A stretch of 64,000 bases of DNA from Camelus dromedarius (GCF_036321535.1 NC_087437.1:27344001-27408000), one strand, 5' to 3'; positions 50,837-63,840 are shown, numbered from the stretch's first letter. Program-made: numbers and translations. The notes: a model not told the origin generated them from the sequence alone.

Positions 50837-51726
50837 ATGAGGCAGCAGAGGAATGTGTTCTAGGCAAAGGCACAAGATAAAATCCCAGAAGAACAAATAG
50901 TGATAAGGAGACAGGCAATCTATCCAAGAAAGAGTTTAGAGTAATGATGGCGAAGATGTTCAGAGAACTCAGGATGAGTATAGATGCACAGAGTGAAGTT
51001 TTTAGCAAAGAGTTAGAAAATACAAAGAATACCCAAACAGTGTTGAAGAATACAATAACTGAAGTAAAGAACAGACTGGAAGGAACCAAGAATAGACTAA
51101 ATGAGGCAGAAGAACGGATCAATGAGCTGGAAGACAGATAAGTGAAAATCACTACCACAGAACAGAAAAAAGAAAAAAGAATGAAAAGAAATGAGGATAG
51201 TTTAAGAGAACGCTAGGACAACGTGAAGTGCATTAATATTCACATTATAGGGGCCCCTGAAAGAAAAGAGAAAGAGAAAGGACCTGAGAAAACATTTGAA
51301 GAGATAATAGCTGAAAACTTCCCTAACTTGGGATAGGAAACAGTCACCCAAGTCCAGAAAATGCAGAGTCCCACACAGGATTAACCCAAAGAGGAACACA
51401 CTGAGGCACACAATAAGCAAATTGACAAAAATTAAGGATAAGGAGAACTATTAAAATCAGCCAGAGAAAAGCAATAAATAACATACAAGGGAACTCCCAT
51501 AAGGTTATCAGCTGATTTTTCATGAGAAACTCTACAGGCCAGAAGGGAGTGGCACGATATATTTAAAGTGATGAACGGGGAAAACTTACAACCAAGCATA
51601 CTCTATCCGGCAAGGCTCTTGTTCAGACTTGATGGAGAAATCAAAAGCTTCATAGATAAACAAAAGCTAAAAGAATTCAGTACCACCAAACCAGCTTTAC
51701 AACAAATGTTAAAGGAACTTCTCTAG
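50837..51726 (+). pseudogene. LINE-1 ORF1p remnant with in-frame stops/frameshifts
   Basis: MRQQRNVF* start; coiled-coil 'LKNTITEVKNRLEGTKNRLNEAEERINELEDR'; C-terminus 'KGTPIRLSADFS*ETLQARREWHDIFKVM..LYPARL..FIDKQKLKEFSTTKPALQQMLKELL*'. Confidence 0.92.
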
Positions 51727-52514
51727 TCATCAAACCATAAGAAAAGAGAATGAAAGAAGAAAGAGAAAAAGACATTATGAGTCTTTCCATTAAAAATTTT
51801 TGCACTTATCAATCCATTTATGTTTTTGGTGCAATTGGATATCCAGTTGTAAAGAAAAGTTAGATGTTAATCTCATGTACTCAAAAATAAATTTCAGATG
51901 GAAGAGAGAGGTAAATATAAAAGTAATGAAATACATCTTTATATTTCTTATTAGAATCTTTCTTAGGTAACTTATTTTTGTTCTTCTTGTATTGGCCCCC
52001 TACAGAATTCTTAGTGCTAGTTATTTCTCATTTGGTCTTCTGAGAATCAATGATTTCCTCCATAAATAATGATGTTTCTTTTATAGTTTATTCTATGATT
52101 ATTGGCCTATTCAGAATTGCATTAGGTTGGAATAATTTTTGCCATTTGTATTCATCCAAAACATTATTCAAACATAGATGATCAAATTGATTGTGATAAA
52201 GTGATGGTACAAAGTTAAAAAAAAAGATATAGGTGAGGTGACCCACATTATATAAAGTTATGATATAGCTGTAATTTTTCTCTAGGGAATTTTTACCTTC
52301 ACCTTCTTTGTTTTACCTCATTAAAAAACAGTATAACAATATTACAGCCAGTTTAACAATACAATTATTTTCAGTTCTGCATGTTACTTTCTGGTCTTCA
52401 CCATTTGCCTATGTATTTCCACAGAGTTGTGATCATAGGGTCATATAATTTTATATCTTATTTATTTACTTAATACCATATAAGAAACACTTTCAATATT
52501 GCCATATAATCTTC

Positions 52515-52645
52515 ATACTCATTCATTCATTTATTCACTTATTCAACAAATATTTATTGACTGCCTAAGGTGTTCCAGGCACTGTTTGAGGTGCTGGGTA
52601 CATAGCAGAGAATACAAAGGCCAAAAATCCCAGTCATGAAGCTTT
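52515..52645 (-). mobile_element. LINE-2 3' end
   Basis: 'cattcattcatttattcacttattcaacaaatatttattgactgcc..ccaggcactgtttgaggtgctgggta'. Confidence 0.8.
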
Positions 52646-52849
52646 CATTATTATTGTGGATTATCATTTAAAATGGCTACATAGATCACTTCTGCTTTCA
52701 ATGTATCTTCATGCTCATTGGTGGTACCCTTTGGCCTCAGGATCCTAGGCTCCATGTATTGTCTCTGTAATATTCTGTATGGAAACTAGGTCTCAGGCTC
52801 TTAGGATGCAGTAAACTCACTCACTGGAAGGTAAAAAAATAACATCTCC

Positions 52850-53240
52850 TAGCAAAGCACTTAAACAGCACTCAACCCTGTGCCACGCTTCGCTCTAAGC
52901 ACTGTTTTACACATTAAGGTTGCTCAGCTACCCTATGTGGTTGCTACTCTTAACAGCCCCATTTTTCAGAAGAGGAAATTGAGGCACAGTTGAACAAAGA
53001 TATAAAACAATGTATCTGAAGAACATTGATGCAATTTCTTCTGACTAACGGTATTAATGGAACCTCAGTTTTATTGAGTGGTCATTATGTGCCAAGGACT
53101 GTTTTGAGCTTATTAACTCATGTAATCCTCACAACAGTCCTGTTTTAAAGTGAGGAAATGGAAGCACAGTTTAGTAAGGAACCTGTAAAAATCAGGCAGC
53201 TAGTAAATGGTAGAGATGGGATTTGAACCTGCGCAGCCTG
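52850..53240 (-). mobile_element. Two MIR fragments
   Basis: 'cccatttttcagaagaggaaattgaggcacag' and 'taatcctcacaacagtcctg..gaggaaatggaagcacag..gggatttgaacc'. Confidence 0.7.
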
Positions 53241-54077
53241 CAGGGTGTATATTCTCGATTACTTGCCTCTCGCCAACTAATACTTTAAGGTCTTATTCTT
53301 CCAGAGGGTGTTTGTATTATAAGAAAGGGAAAACATTGCATCTCTAATGGGTAACTTCTGAAGCAGGAAATTATGATCCTTCTCCTTTGACAGTACCATT
53401 TGGACTCTGCTGTTTCCACCCCAGGGACAATTTGACCAGATCATGAGCAAACACTAGACTTATGAGAAATAATCAACTGACAGTGGCTAATGCTGTTCAC
53501 AAATAACACTTAATAGAAAAAGCACAAACCTGACTGGGGAATGAGATCGTCTCTGTGATACTGAAAACGAAATTTTGATGTAAAAAATTAGACTCAGAGA
53601 TTATCAACACAAAATTAAAATGCCAGGAATGAGACCTTCTTAATAACTTTTAGATCTGTCTAATTTGACCAAGATAACATTGGAATTAGTAAAACTGAGG
53701 GCCATACAAGAAAACACAATATGGCAAAAATATAATCAGTGAAGTTTGATATGGACAGGAGCTTGAATAGTGAATCTAACCTCTGTTGAAAATTTTACAT
53801 AAAGGAGAACAGATCCCAAGAATAATTTCAGTAAAATACAAATGGGAGTATAAAACAAAAATGGAAATGTTTTTACTGCAATGTATAGAAAATTGACCAA
53901 GGATTTAAATTAGCATAATGGCATTTGCCCTGGAAAATGTGTACCCACCCTTTCAAGATGAAAATTCATTCGTGTGAATGTCATTTTGATGACAATAACT
54001 TATTCAGATATTGAGACAAAACATTCTCAGTGTCAAATAGTGGAAGCCAATCATCCTATATTAAAAACATCATGGCA

Positions 54078-54538
54078 TTTACAGTAACATGGATGGAACT
54101 GGAGATCATCATTCTAAGTGAAGTAGGCCAGAAGGAGAAAGAAAAATACCATATGATATCACTCATATGTGGAATCTAAAAAAAAAAAGAAAGAAAGAAA
54201 GAAAAAGGAGGACACAAATGAACTCATCTACAAAAGGGACAGACTCACAGACATGGTAAACAATCTTATGGTTACTGGGAAAAGGGGATGGGAAGGAATA
54301 AATTTGGGAGTTTGAGATTTGCAAACGTTAACTGCTATATATAAAAATAGATTAAAAACAGGTTTCTTCTGTATAGCACAGGGAACTATATTCAGTATCT
54401 TGTAATTACCTTTAATGAAAAAGAATATGAAAACAAATACATGTAGATACATGCATGACTGGGACATTATGCTATACACCAGTAATTGACACATTGTCAT
54501 TGACTGTACTTCAATTAAAAAAAAAAAGAAAAAAACCC
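54078..54538 (+). mobile_element. Young lineage-specific L1 3' end
   Basis: 'acatggatggaactggagatcatcattctaagtgaagta', 'tgtatagcacagggaactatattc', poly-A tail; TSD core CATCATGGCA at 54068-54077 and 54539-54548. Confidence 0.9.
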
Positions 54539-54927
54539 CATCATGGCAGAGTTACAGCTGAGCTTGTGGGTTGTCTACTCAGAATGCATTCTGCTCGTTT
54601 TGTTCAGGTATCCACTGCCCGTAGCCTATGTACATCATTTTAAATCAATTTAGTTCTTATAAACATTCTGGCAAAATTAGTTTGAACCTCAAGCTCAATT
54701 TGGCATTTAGATTTGAAGCAATAAAGAAATACCTATTGATCATCTACTATCTGCTTCTGCTTTGTTAGCAGCTGTGGGCATCCATCCAAGAAGACCCAAT
54801 CCTTGATTTCAAGGAACTCAAAAGAAAATTGGAGAATAGAGACACATGACAGCATAATTGAGAATATAAGAGAGTATGTGCAAGGTAATAAATTAGCAGT
54901 GATTCAGAGTTGTGAAAACACACTTTC

Positions 54928-55431
54928 TTTTTTTTTATTTTGTTTTTTATTGAAATGTATTTCATTTACAGTGTTAGTTTCAGGTGTACAGCAAACCAAT
55001 TCAGTTATACATATACATACATATATATTTTTAGATTCTCTTCCATTATATGTTATTATAAGAAACTGAATATAGTTCCCTGTGCTTTACAGTAAGTGCT
55101 TGTTGTTTATCTATTTTATATATAATAGTGTGAATCTGTTAATCCCAAACTCCTAGTTTATTCCTCCTCCACCCTTTCCCCCTTGGTAACCATAGTTTGT
55201 TTTCTATGTCTATTTTGGTTTGTGAATAAGATTTGTATCATTTTTTTTAGATTCTGCATATAAGTGATATCATATATTTGTCTTTGTCTGGCTTAATTTG
55301 ATAATCTCTAGGTCTGTCTATGTTGCTGCAAATGGCATTATTTCATTCTTTTTTATGAACAAGTAATATTCCATTGTATGTATATACCACATCTTCTTTA
55401 CCTAGTCATCTGTTGATGGACATTTAGATTG
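54928..55431 (-). mobile_element. Lineage-specific L1 3' end
   Basis: Perfect 16-bp TSD GTGAAAACACACTTTC at 54912-54927 and 55432-55447; T-rich head; 'tatagttccctgtgct'. Confidence 0.92.
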
Positions 55432-55599
55432 GTGAAAACACACTTTCAGATGGCTGCCCAGCACTGAGCATGGGGCCAAGCATTCAGTAAGCACACAATA
55501 AGTGCCTGTTGAAGGGGGTTAATGCTTGGAATTGTTTGGTTTTGAAAGATGAATAGGACGGACACATAATAGAGATGGAGGAAGATATTGACATTAAGG

Positions 55600-55845
55600 A
55601 GAAAAACAAGGTCTGAACGTAACACTTTCTTTGTGCTCACAGAGCACTTGCTGTCTTTTACAGCAGCCTTCTCATTGCATTATAAATACTTACATAGATA
55701 ACTGTCTCTTCTCATAGGCCCACTTTGAGGGGAGAGGCTGTGTCTTACTTTTCTTTGGAACCCTAGCACCCATCCCAATACCCTCATAATGGGTACTCAA
55801 TATACATTTGATAAATTAATGAAAGATTGAATGAGTGAATAAACA
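55600..55845 (+). mobile_element. LINE-2 3' end
   Basis: 'cttgagggg..ctgtgtcttactt'-like core; 'gtactcaatatacatttgataaattaatgaa'. Confidence 0.6.
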
Positions 55846-56034
55846 CATAAGCAAGCCCAAAGGGTAGTCAAGGGGTAGTGAACTAACTAATCTGGGGTGG
55901 AAGTGGAACTAATCTGGAGGTGGTGGTTTGTCAGTCCGCCCTGGACTTTCTTCAGAGTATAATGGAGAAACACGATAGATTTTCAGCATAGTAATTATGA
56001 AGTGTTGAAGTGACCCTGAGAACAATAGCAGCAG

Positions 56035-56225
56035 CCCTTTATTGACTGGACTAAGTGCTTTGTGTGTGTTCATGTGTTTAATTCTCATCATTCTAAGGAT
56101 TAGGTAATATTAACTCCCATTTGTGTTAACTGACTCTCTACAAGGCTAAGGAAATTATTTAGAATCACCCAGTTAATGAGCAGCCTAGGCAAGGCTTGAA
56201 TCCTAGTGTGTTTTACTCCAGTTCC
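56035..56225 (-). mobile_element. MIR SINE
   Basis: 'tttattgac..ctaagtgcttt..tttaattctcatca..taggtaatattaactcccattt'. Confidence 0.6.
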
Positions 56226-57689
56226 CAGGCCTCCTATTATGCCCCAGTGCCTCCTTTGGAGATTGACTGGTGGTGACAGGAAGTGGGGACAGGATAACAT
56301 TGGACCATTTGCAGCTCACACACTTGGGTGTCTGAAAATTGAAAAAGCAGATTTGTCACGATGGGACTCCAGCAGAGATTTAGTGATGAAAAGAGAAACA
56401 CCTCTTCTCATCGTGTACTTTAAACAATGCCTCTCCCAAGCCTGGAACCTCTCCTAGGATGAATCGCTCAGAATATGGGCACAGAAAGTGAAGTGTCTTG
56501 CCTATTACTGTAAAATCAAGTCTGACTTCATTTCTGTATTCAATTAATTATTCTCAGATAACTGTTAGGTTTTTCTCAGTGAACTCAAAAGGAAAATTTC
56601 TGCTCCCCATCCTCTTCTGACCTTATTTCATTATCGGAATATTTGCATTTAGTATTTGACAAACGCTAATATCTACTGTTGGCTGTTCATGATAGTAAAC
56701 CCACAAATTCTTTCCATCTTTAGAAAAATGGTTCACTTGAATTAATTTTGACTCATTTCAGTAGCAATGATAATATAACATTCATTTGCTACTCCAGGAG
56801 TTATTATTTGCATCTCGACACAAATTGCTTTATAATTCAGTCTTTATTTTCTGGGTGCCTGAAATAATATCCTCAGTAAGTGAGGCCTTTCATCAAGAAA
56901 TTGCTCCCAAATATTCTGTGTTCTGATGCCACCTTATTTTCTTCGGTGCAGAATTTTAGTGGACTTGTGGGAGGCTGGAAATCCAATGTCTGCTGCTGAA
57001 GTATCAGAAACAATAAATGGCCCTTTTGGGGGGAGGCATCTTATAGTCAGCAGGCCCAAATCATGCTATTGAATGCATTCTCTGACTGTGGGAGAAATCT
57101 TTCTAATACCCAGGAGGAAAGGAGGTGAAAGAAACCAGCCTTTCAAAGCTTCATGCCACAGAAGGACTGGGAATGTTATCTTCCTGGGGGATCATTGACA
57201 TCCCATCAAGGCTGAATTACTGGCTTAGCTGAGTGGGTCAGGGAGTCTGAACCTAAAATCAAATGCCAGTTGAAGAGCACAATCTATGAAGAAAGGCAGT
57301 GATGCAACTGGACAGTCGTATGTGAGGAGACGTAAGTTTGGTTTATTCAGAATTGACAATGCCTGAAGCTTCTTGTCACTTGTTGATCAATACATATTCT
57401 AGGAAAAACTACCTGCTTCAGGTGCCTTCCAGCCTGTTTCTGATGGAAATCTGACTGTGTATCTGCAACATCAGAGGCTTGTACTTCCCATCAGTCTCTA
57501 ATATATTAAATAATTAAATAATAAAGTTATGGGCCATTCTCATTGAATATTCATCTTTGTGGCCCTTAAATTATGACTCAGGAGCATTTCATGTCGGACT
57601 AGTCGCATTTCGAGTTCTTGGGTTTGAAAGTGTTGGAATGTGGACGGAGGCTCTGTTCTCTGAGATCTTGCTACTCAGCATGTCCCTGG

Positions 57690-57830
57690 GTCTGACCAGT
57701 AGCATCCACCTCTTAGGAGCTTGTTAGACATGCAGGATCTGAGGCCTGACTCCAGCTAGGTCAGAATCTGCCTTTTAACAGGGTTCCCAGGTGAGTCACT
57801 TGCACATTCAAGTTTGAGAAGTGTTGCACT
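57690..57830. mobile_element. MER5A-like MITE
   Basis: 'gagcttgttagacatgcaggatct..tcagaatctgccttttaacagggttcccaggtgagtca..aagtttgagaagtgttg'. Confidence 0.75.
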
Positions 57831-58909
57831 GAGAGAGTGTTGGGGGGAATGCTGCTGAACATATGAGGGAACACTCCAACTCATTGGTAGGAAGATTGAG
57901 TGGGGGAAGGAAAGGAAGGGTGGGACACTAGCATGGAAACTGGGAGAAAACGTTTCTCAGAAGCCAGAAAGGGACCTTCAGTGAGAAAAGGGCTAGACCC
58001 TAAGGTCAAATATGATAGAAGGCTTAGGGAAGGTATGTCTGTAGAATCCTACTGGATTTGGCATGAAGGAGCTTTTTGGGCCAGAAGAGAGACCAGATTG
58101 TGGGAAAGTACAGTGAGGAAATAGTGACTGAAGGGTTTGTCTTGCTTGAGAAGTTTGGCAGCTTTGAAAAGAGGTGAGAGATATGCTTTGGGGGTTAGGA
58201 GCACCTGATCAAGGCAAAAGGAAAGCGGTGGTAAAGGAATGCTTGAGGATGTGTACGGAAGAGGCGCCCTTTCAGTGTTGGGTGGTGAATTCACAGTCCA
58301 GGTAGGGGAGAGCCTTTAAGTGAAGAGGATACATCTTCTTGGCACAGAAGGGAGGGGCTGTGGACGGTGAGATATGTGTCTGATGGGGAGCCTTAAGCCA
58401 ATGTAAGAGAAAGTCTTCTCAGTTCAGAAGGAGAGGAGCCTCCTGATGTGAAAGAATAGACGGATGCAGAGAAGGCTGGAAAGCTAAGGGATTCATGGTT
58501 TGCTCCTTAAAAAACGTATATAATGATGAAGGGGATCTTTACATTTCTCTACTTGAAGTTACAAAATATCTTTAATAAACAGTGTAGTTGGGTACTTGAT
58601 TAGATGTCTGAGTTTTGGATTTCAGCAGGAGCTGGAGCTACTGCTGTCTGGTTAGCACAGGCCACGTGTGAGCCAGCATCTGGTGCTCCGTGCAGGAGAA
58701 GCAACCCAGTTTATCCTCCGTGTCAAGTGTTCCCTTCTCCATCCCAACAATAGAGTTTCTGACCCCCGAGTCTGTTGAACTTATAATAGTGAAACTCCTA
58801 GTCACCCACAGTTGGATGGATCCAATGGCTTTTTTCCAGTTAACTTCCTCCTGCCTTTCCGCAGCAGTTGAAAGAATTGATCATTCCTCTTTCATTACAA
58901 CTGCCTTAT

Positions 58910-60165
58910 ATATTTTCAAATCAACAATATTGAGGTATAACATATTCAATAAAATGCAACCATTTTTCATCGTTCCAAAAGATCCCAAGACAACCACAGG
59001 CATTTCATAGAAATATAATCATATAATAAGCATTTTTTAACCTTTTCTTTTTTATTTTTATTTTTTTTGAAGTGTAGTTGATTTACAATGTTAGTTTCAG
59101 GTGTACAGCAAAGCGCTTCAGTTATACATGTACATACTTTTTTTTTTCAGATTCTTTTCCACTATATGTGATTACAAGAAATTGAATTTAGTTCCCTGTG
59201 CTATACAGTAGGTCCTTGTTGTTTATCTATTTTATGTACAGTAGTGTGCATCTGTTAATCCCAAACTCCTAATTTATCCCTGCCCACCCTTTCCTTTTTG
59301 GTAACCATAGTTTGTTTTCTATGTCTGTCAGCCTATTTTTGGCTTGTCAGTAAAATTTGTATCCTTTTTTTAAATTCCACATACAATAGGCAGTCTTTTG
59401 TGTGGATTTTTTTCCTTCAACATGATGTTCTTGCGATTCATCCATGCTAGTGTCTGTGGTCAAGTGTGTTCTCTTTGATTGTTGACTAATTAGTATTCCA
59501 TTGGATCGAGGATCCACAATTTCTTTATCCACTCACCTGCTGACAGACATTTGGGTTGTTTTCAGGTTTTAGCTATTATGAGTAAAGCTGCTATGAACAT
59601 GAATATACAAATATTTGAGTGGACAAATATTATCATTTGGGGGAATAAATATTTAGAAATACTCTATTATATGGTAAGTACACATTTGAGGAACTGCCAA
59701 ACTGTTTTTCCAAACTGGTTGCATTTCCAGGATCCATGAAAAAGAATTCCTGTTGCTCTTCATTGTCAGTCTTTAATTTAGTCATTTTAGTGGGTTTGTA
59801 GTCACATCTCACTGTGATTTTAACTTGCATTTCTCTAATGGTTAGTCATATAGGCAGTCTTTTTTTGGTATGCTTATTTTTCATTCTTACACCTTCTTTT
59901 GTGAAGTATCTATTCAAATATTTCACCCACTTCTAATATTTTCTTCTTCTTAAGTTGTGAGAATTCTTTATGTATTCTGGATACCAATCCTTCGTCAGAT
60001 ATATTTACCACAAATATTTTCTTCCAGTGTGTGCACTGCCTTTTCATCTGCTTAACAATATCTTAACACAGTGGAAAATTTTAATGTAGATGAGGCCCGG
60101 CTTATCCGTTTTTCTTATTATGATTTTTATTGTGTGTGTCCGATCTAATAAATCTTTGCTACGCC
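58910..60165 (-). mobile_element. Old L1 (L1M) 3' region interrupted by a younger L1
   Basis: 'attgaggtataa', 'gacatttgggttgttttcaggttttagctattatgagtaaagctgctatgaacat', 'tgtattctggatacca'. Confidence 0.8.
59041..59383 (-). mobile_element. Lineage-specific L1 3' end nested in the old L1
   Basis: Highly similar to 54928-55260 ('tgttagtttcaggtgtacagcaaa', 'gttccctgtgctatacagtaggtcc', 'ggtaaccatagtttgttttctatgtct'). Confidence 0.88.
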
Positions 60166-60539
60166 AAGAATGGGGAGATTTTCTCCTATAAAACTGCCTT
60201 GCATTTCACCTTCCTACTCCACTTGGTGGTCTGTGCCGTCCTGACTTACTTCCTTGTAGTCTGTTTCCTTTCTGACTCCTCTTCTTCCGATCTCTCAGTC
60301 ATGGACATTTCCAAGCTTTTTCTCCCTTTGATGATCAAATAATGCGTGTCCATCGAAGAAGATTTAGAAAACAAAGGAAGAGCAGTCATCACAAAAATAA
60401 CAGTGCCAGTTTCGAGGGCAGTCCCTAACACATGACAGTTACAGGGTGGTAAGACGTGATGGTTAGAACAAGCTGGAAATCAGGCTGCCTAGGCTTGAGT
60501 GCTATTTCTACCACCTTCTGGTTGCATGATCTTGGGTAA

Positions 60540-61085
60540 TGTTTACTCAGTGAAAACTTCCAAGAGCCAATAGCAGTTTGCAGTAGGACTTTCGGTAGCA
60601 AAGGATACAGAGACAAGGCATCAGGGGAAAAATATGCATCTTCAAAGTCCAGAGAGATCAGGCAAAGACTTCCAAAGCTCTTCCTCATCTGAGGCCACAC
60701 AGGATGTGCTGCCTCTCTAGCAGAGAAGCGTAGGGACACGTATGGAATGTCTGCCCAGGGAAGCCTCTTTGAGTCTCAGAGTCTGAGGCTTTTGTGTGGG
60801 GGCTGAGCATAGGCACATTCTGCTACACAGTCTGCCATAGCAGTCAAAACTCAGGACCCAACAATGAAACCAAGTGCATATTGTCAATCTGATGTTAGTG
60901 CAAAGCAACCCGACAAGCCAGTAAGGCATGGCCCTCTGTTCCAGGTGGATATAACAAAATCATTGCTAACACGAAGAACTCTCCGAGGGCCATATTCCCA
61001 GGGGTTGGCTAAGGGTCCATCATGGTAACCTTGGAGACGGCAAGGAGTAGGCAATCATACATGCTGTGTTCACTCTTTCCTCACA
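60540..61085 (-). mobile_element. ERVL LTR (MER76/77-like) splitting a MIR
   Basis: Ends 'catgctgtgttcactctttcctcaca' (minus strand begins TGTGAGGAAAGAG); MIR halves at about 60470-60539 and 61086-61230 ('ctcatctgtaaaatggg'). Confidence 0.6.
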
Positions 61086-62117
61086 AGTAGCCTATCTAAA
61101 GCCTCACTTTCCCTCATCTGTAAAATGGGAAAATAAACCTATGGTTGTGAGAATTAAATGAGATTATACACGGAAAGTTTTCAGCATTGTTTTTGGCACG
61201 TAGTTATTTCTCAGTAACTATTAGTTATTATTTACACATTTTCCTTTTCTGTTGTATAAGGATCATAGTACCTGTTTCATTGGGTGGTTGCGAGAATTAA
61301 GTACAGGTCCGGTAGATAGTTTAGGACAGGGCTTGGCTCTTAGACCCCCACTGATCTTGGTGCCTCCTATAACCCCAGAAGAAACCGTGATTAACATTTT
61401 GTTGAATTTGCATTCCACTCAATTTATTAACGATTCATTTACACTGCTTTTTCAATAAAGCAGTGAAAAAATTAACACCTTTTGCAAAGCAGACATACAG
61501 AATGGTCTCCTAAATGGGTGATGACAGCAGGCTCTCTGGCAACCGCAGTGTCTGAAGAGCCTGGGAGGCGGCAGTCCATGCTGGAGGGTCTACAGCTGTT
61601 ATGGCTGCAGGAAGCAGGGCCATCGCTCAGCCTCTCCCTCCCGCCTGGGGCCAGACATGGCCGTGTGCTTCTAAGGTTAGGCTCTGTGATCACCTGCCCC
61701 TTTAATTTTCACTCTTTCATCCAACAAGTCATTCTGACTTCTCTGGGTAGCAAACATGATTCTAGGCACCATGAAACAAGACCCACGGAGTCCCTGCCCT
61801 GTGTCTCCTGCTTTTCCCTATTTGATGTGAAAACACTTGTTTTAAATTAAGTCTTTTCATCACCAATAGTGTTTTAGGAATCTACCCCCACTGGCTAAAA
61901 GTAGAAATGAATAAATGATTCTTGTTTTTTACTTCAGAGTTTTTCTCTTACATAATTGAAGTTCTATGATGTCCAACATTTTGCAAGTCTCCTCCCCCCC
62001 GACTCCCAGTCCCAGTTATGAGTAGTTTTCCATGTCATTGAATTTTTTTTCATAAATGTTTAGATAATTTTGCTGCCACCAAGCAGGGATGGCTTGGATT
62101 CATGTGGTATCCTCTGG

Positions 62118-62372
62118 ATCAATGGCTTCCAGCGTTTTGGACTGCAGTCCACAGAAGAAATACATTATACACTGAGACTCGGTACTCACACACACACACC
62201 CCTGAAACAGAAGTTTCATGAAACAGTATTTACCCTTACTACATGCTGTGCAGTCTGATATAGTCTTTTCTATTCTATTGAATGGTTTTTCTTTTCTATC
62301 ATAAAATGTTGGTCAAATATACCAGGGGAAATGGATTACTACTCTTAATGTTCTTGAGTTCCCAAAGCTGGA
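62118..62372. mobile_element. hAT-Charlie MITE (MER112/113-like)
   Basis: 'gaaacagaagtttcatgaaacagtatttacccttactacatg..tctgata..ttttctattctatt'. Confidence 0.65.
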
Positions 62373-62420
62373 TAAATGAGAGTTGGTACCTCTCTCTTTC
62401 TTATTTTCTCCCATACTCCA

Positions 62421-62990
62421 TTGTCTTGATTGGTTCTTCCCTAGAAGTAGAGCAAGGTAGGGCTGGGATGGATGCAGGCTATTTACTGGGGAGGGGATAT
62501 CAGGACACAGAAGTGAGGAGGAGAGGTTAAACTGAGGTGTGTTATGGAGCTAGTTGCTGCCATGGGCAACAGGGGCTCAATCCACTGGTGAGCTCCAGAG
62601 GGATGGAAAGAATGCCCTCAGAATGGTTCCTCCAAAGGATGGTAGGCTGGGACATGTATCCACTGACTTCCATCCTTTGTTGCTTGAGGGTGTCCAACCC
62701 ACTTCTTCAGCTGCTACAGAAAAGTGGACAGATGAAAGGTGGGTGTCTGGGTGGGAGGCTCTCATCATGCATAGACACCTCCTCCCCACCTCCATGGAAA
62801 CATGAGTGAACCACGAGCATGTGGTGCAGGGCACAAAAAAGCAGCTGCTTCTTCCTCTGCGTGGGAAGGGGTGAACTCTGGGCTTCTGCATCCAGTACAT
62901 CATCCCTTCCTCCTACCTAGGCAGCCAATCTCAGGGGCTTGCTGCCATGGCAGACAGGCAGAGCCTCCAGGTGACAGGCAGAGCCTGAAG
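62421..62990 (-). mobile_element. ERVL LTR (LTR16/LTR40-like)
   Basis: 'tgtcttgattggttcttccctagaag', 'atgggcaacaggggctcaatcc', 'tatccactgacttcc..ttgaggg'. Confidence 0.55.
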
Positions 62991-63269
62991 AACTGGCCCC
63001 TCCAGGCTTGGCTCTTGATGCATAAACATCATTGAGAAAAATCTTCAGTCTTTCTCAACAAAGCTAATTTCTTGATGTGGACTCAGATAAAAATCTAATT
63101 TCAATTAAGGCTAGAAATGTCTTCTAGACCAGGGGATATCCCCCCACGTCATTGATACCTATCATTGCTTCAGCAGGTGGAGGAGAGGGGCGGTCTACAG
63201 ATATGGAAACAGCTCTAAAACAAGTTCCAAAATGTCCTTTCTCTTACTTTTAATCATGATTTGTAAGTA

Positions 63270-63840
63270 TTCATAATATAGGATGGATACATCATTATTT
63301 AATGATAAACTTTTCTGATATTGGACATTTAGTTTGTTTCCATTCTTTCAGTATCAAAAATAATGTTGTAGCAAACATCCTTGTGTATAGTTCTTTGTCT
63401 GAGTCTCATGTTATTTTACCAAGATACAGAAGTCAAAGTGGAAGTAGAGAGTTAAAGAGTAGGAAAACTATAAAAGCCTTTGACACATCCTGACTCACTT
63501 CTCTCCACAAAGTGGAGATGTAACCACGTACCTATTCACCAGTCATGTGTGTGTTAGACGATCTTAAAAACATTTTCAAAAAATTCTCAATGTTGAAAAT
63601 TTAGAAAGGATAGGGAAGTAAATCATAACAATAATAGATAACCCACAATCCTGAGACAGCCACTATTAACATTTTAGTATATTTTATAGTCTTTTTTTAC
63701 TCCTATAGAATGTATGTGTATAATTTAAGAATAAAATAGGGCACACCACGTGCAGAGCTTCGTATTCTGGCTTTCTTGTTTAATATTATATTACACTTTT
63801 CATAAAGATAATAATTTTAAGTGGTTGCACAATGTTTCAT
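63270..63840 (-). mobile_element. Ancient L1ME-like 3' fragments
   Basis: 'ttggacatttagtttgtttcca', 'cacaatcctgagacagccactattaacattttag'. Confidence 0.6.

Larger units (their letters stand above)
48800..51775 (+). mobile_element. L1 5'UTR + ORF1 with no ORF2; two LTRs nested in the 5'UTR
   Basis: YY1-type CAAGATGGC at 48815-48823 near the 5' end, GC-rich 5'UTR, ORF1 remnant, then a short A/G-rich stretch and unrelated sequence. Confidence 0.85.

Noticed and set aside
50513..50863. 116-aa ORF running into the L1 ORF1 start
   Set aside because: Chance open frame in a decayed 5'UTR; it ends at a premature stop in ORF1 codon 9.
128..63493. The many 60-150 aa ORFs in the track
   Set aside because: Mostly non-ATG starts, inside repeats or low-complexity DNA, with no recognisable domain or coherent exon chain. 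Only the L1 ORF1 and CR1 fragments are recognisable.
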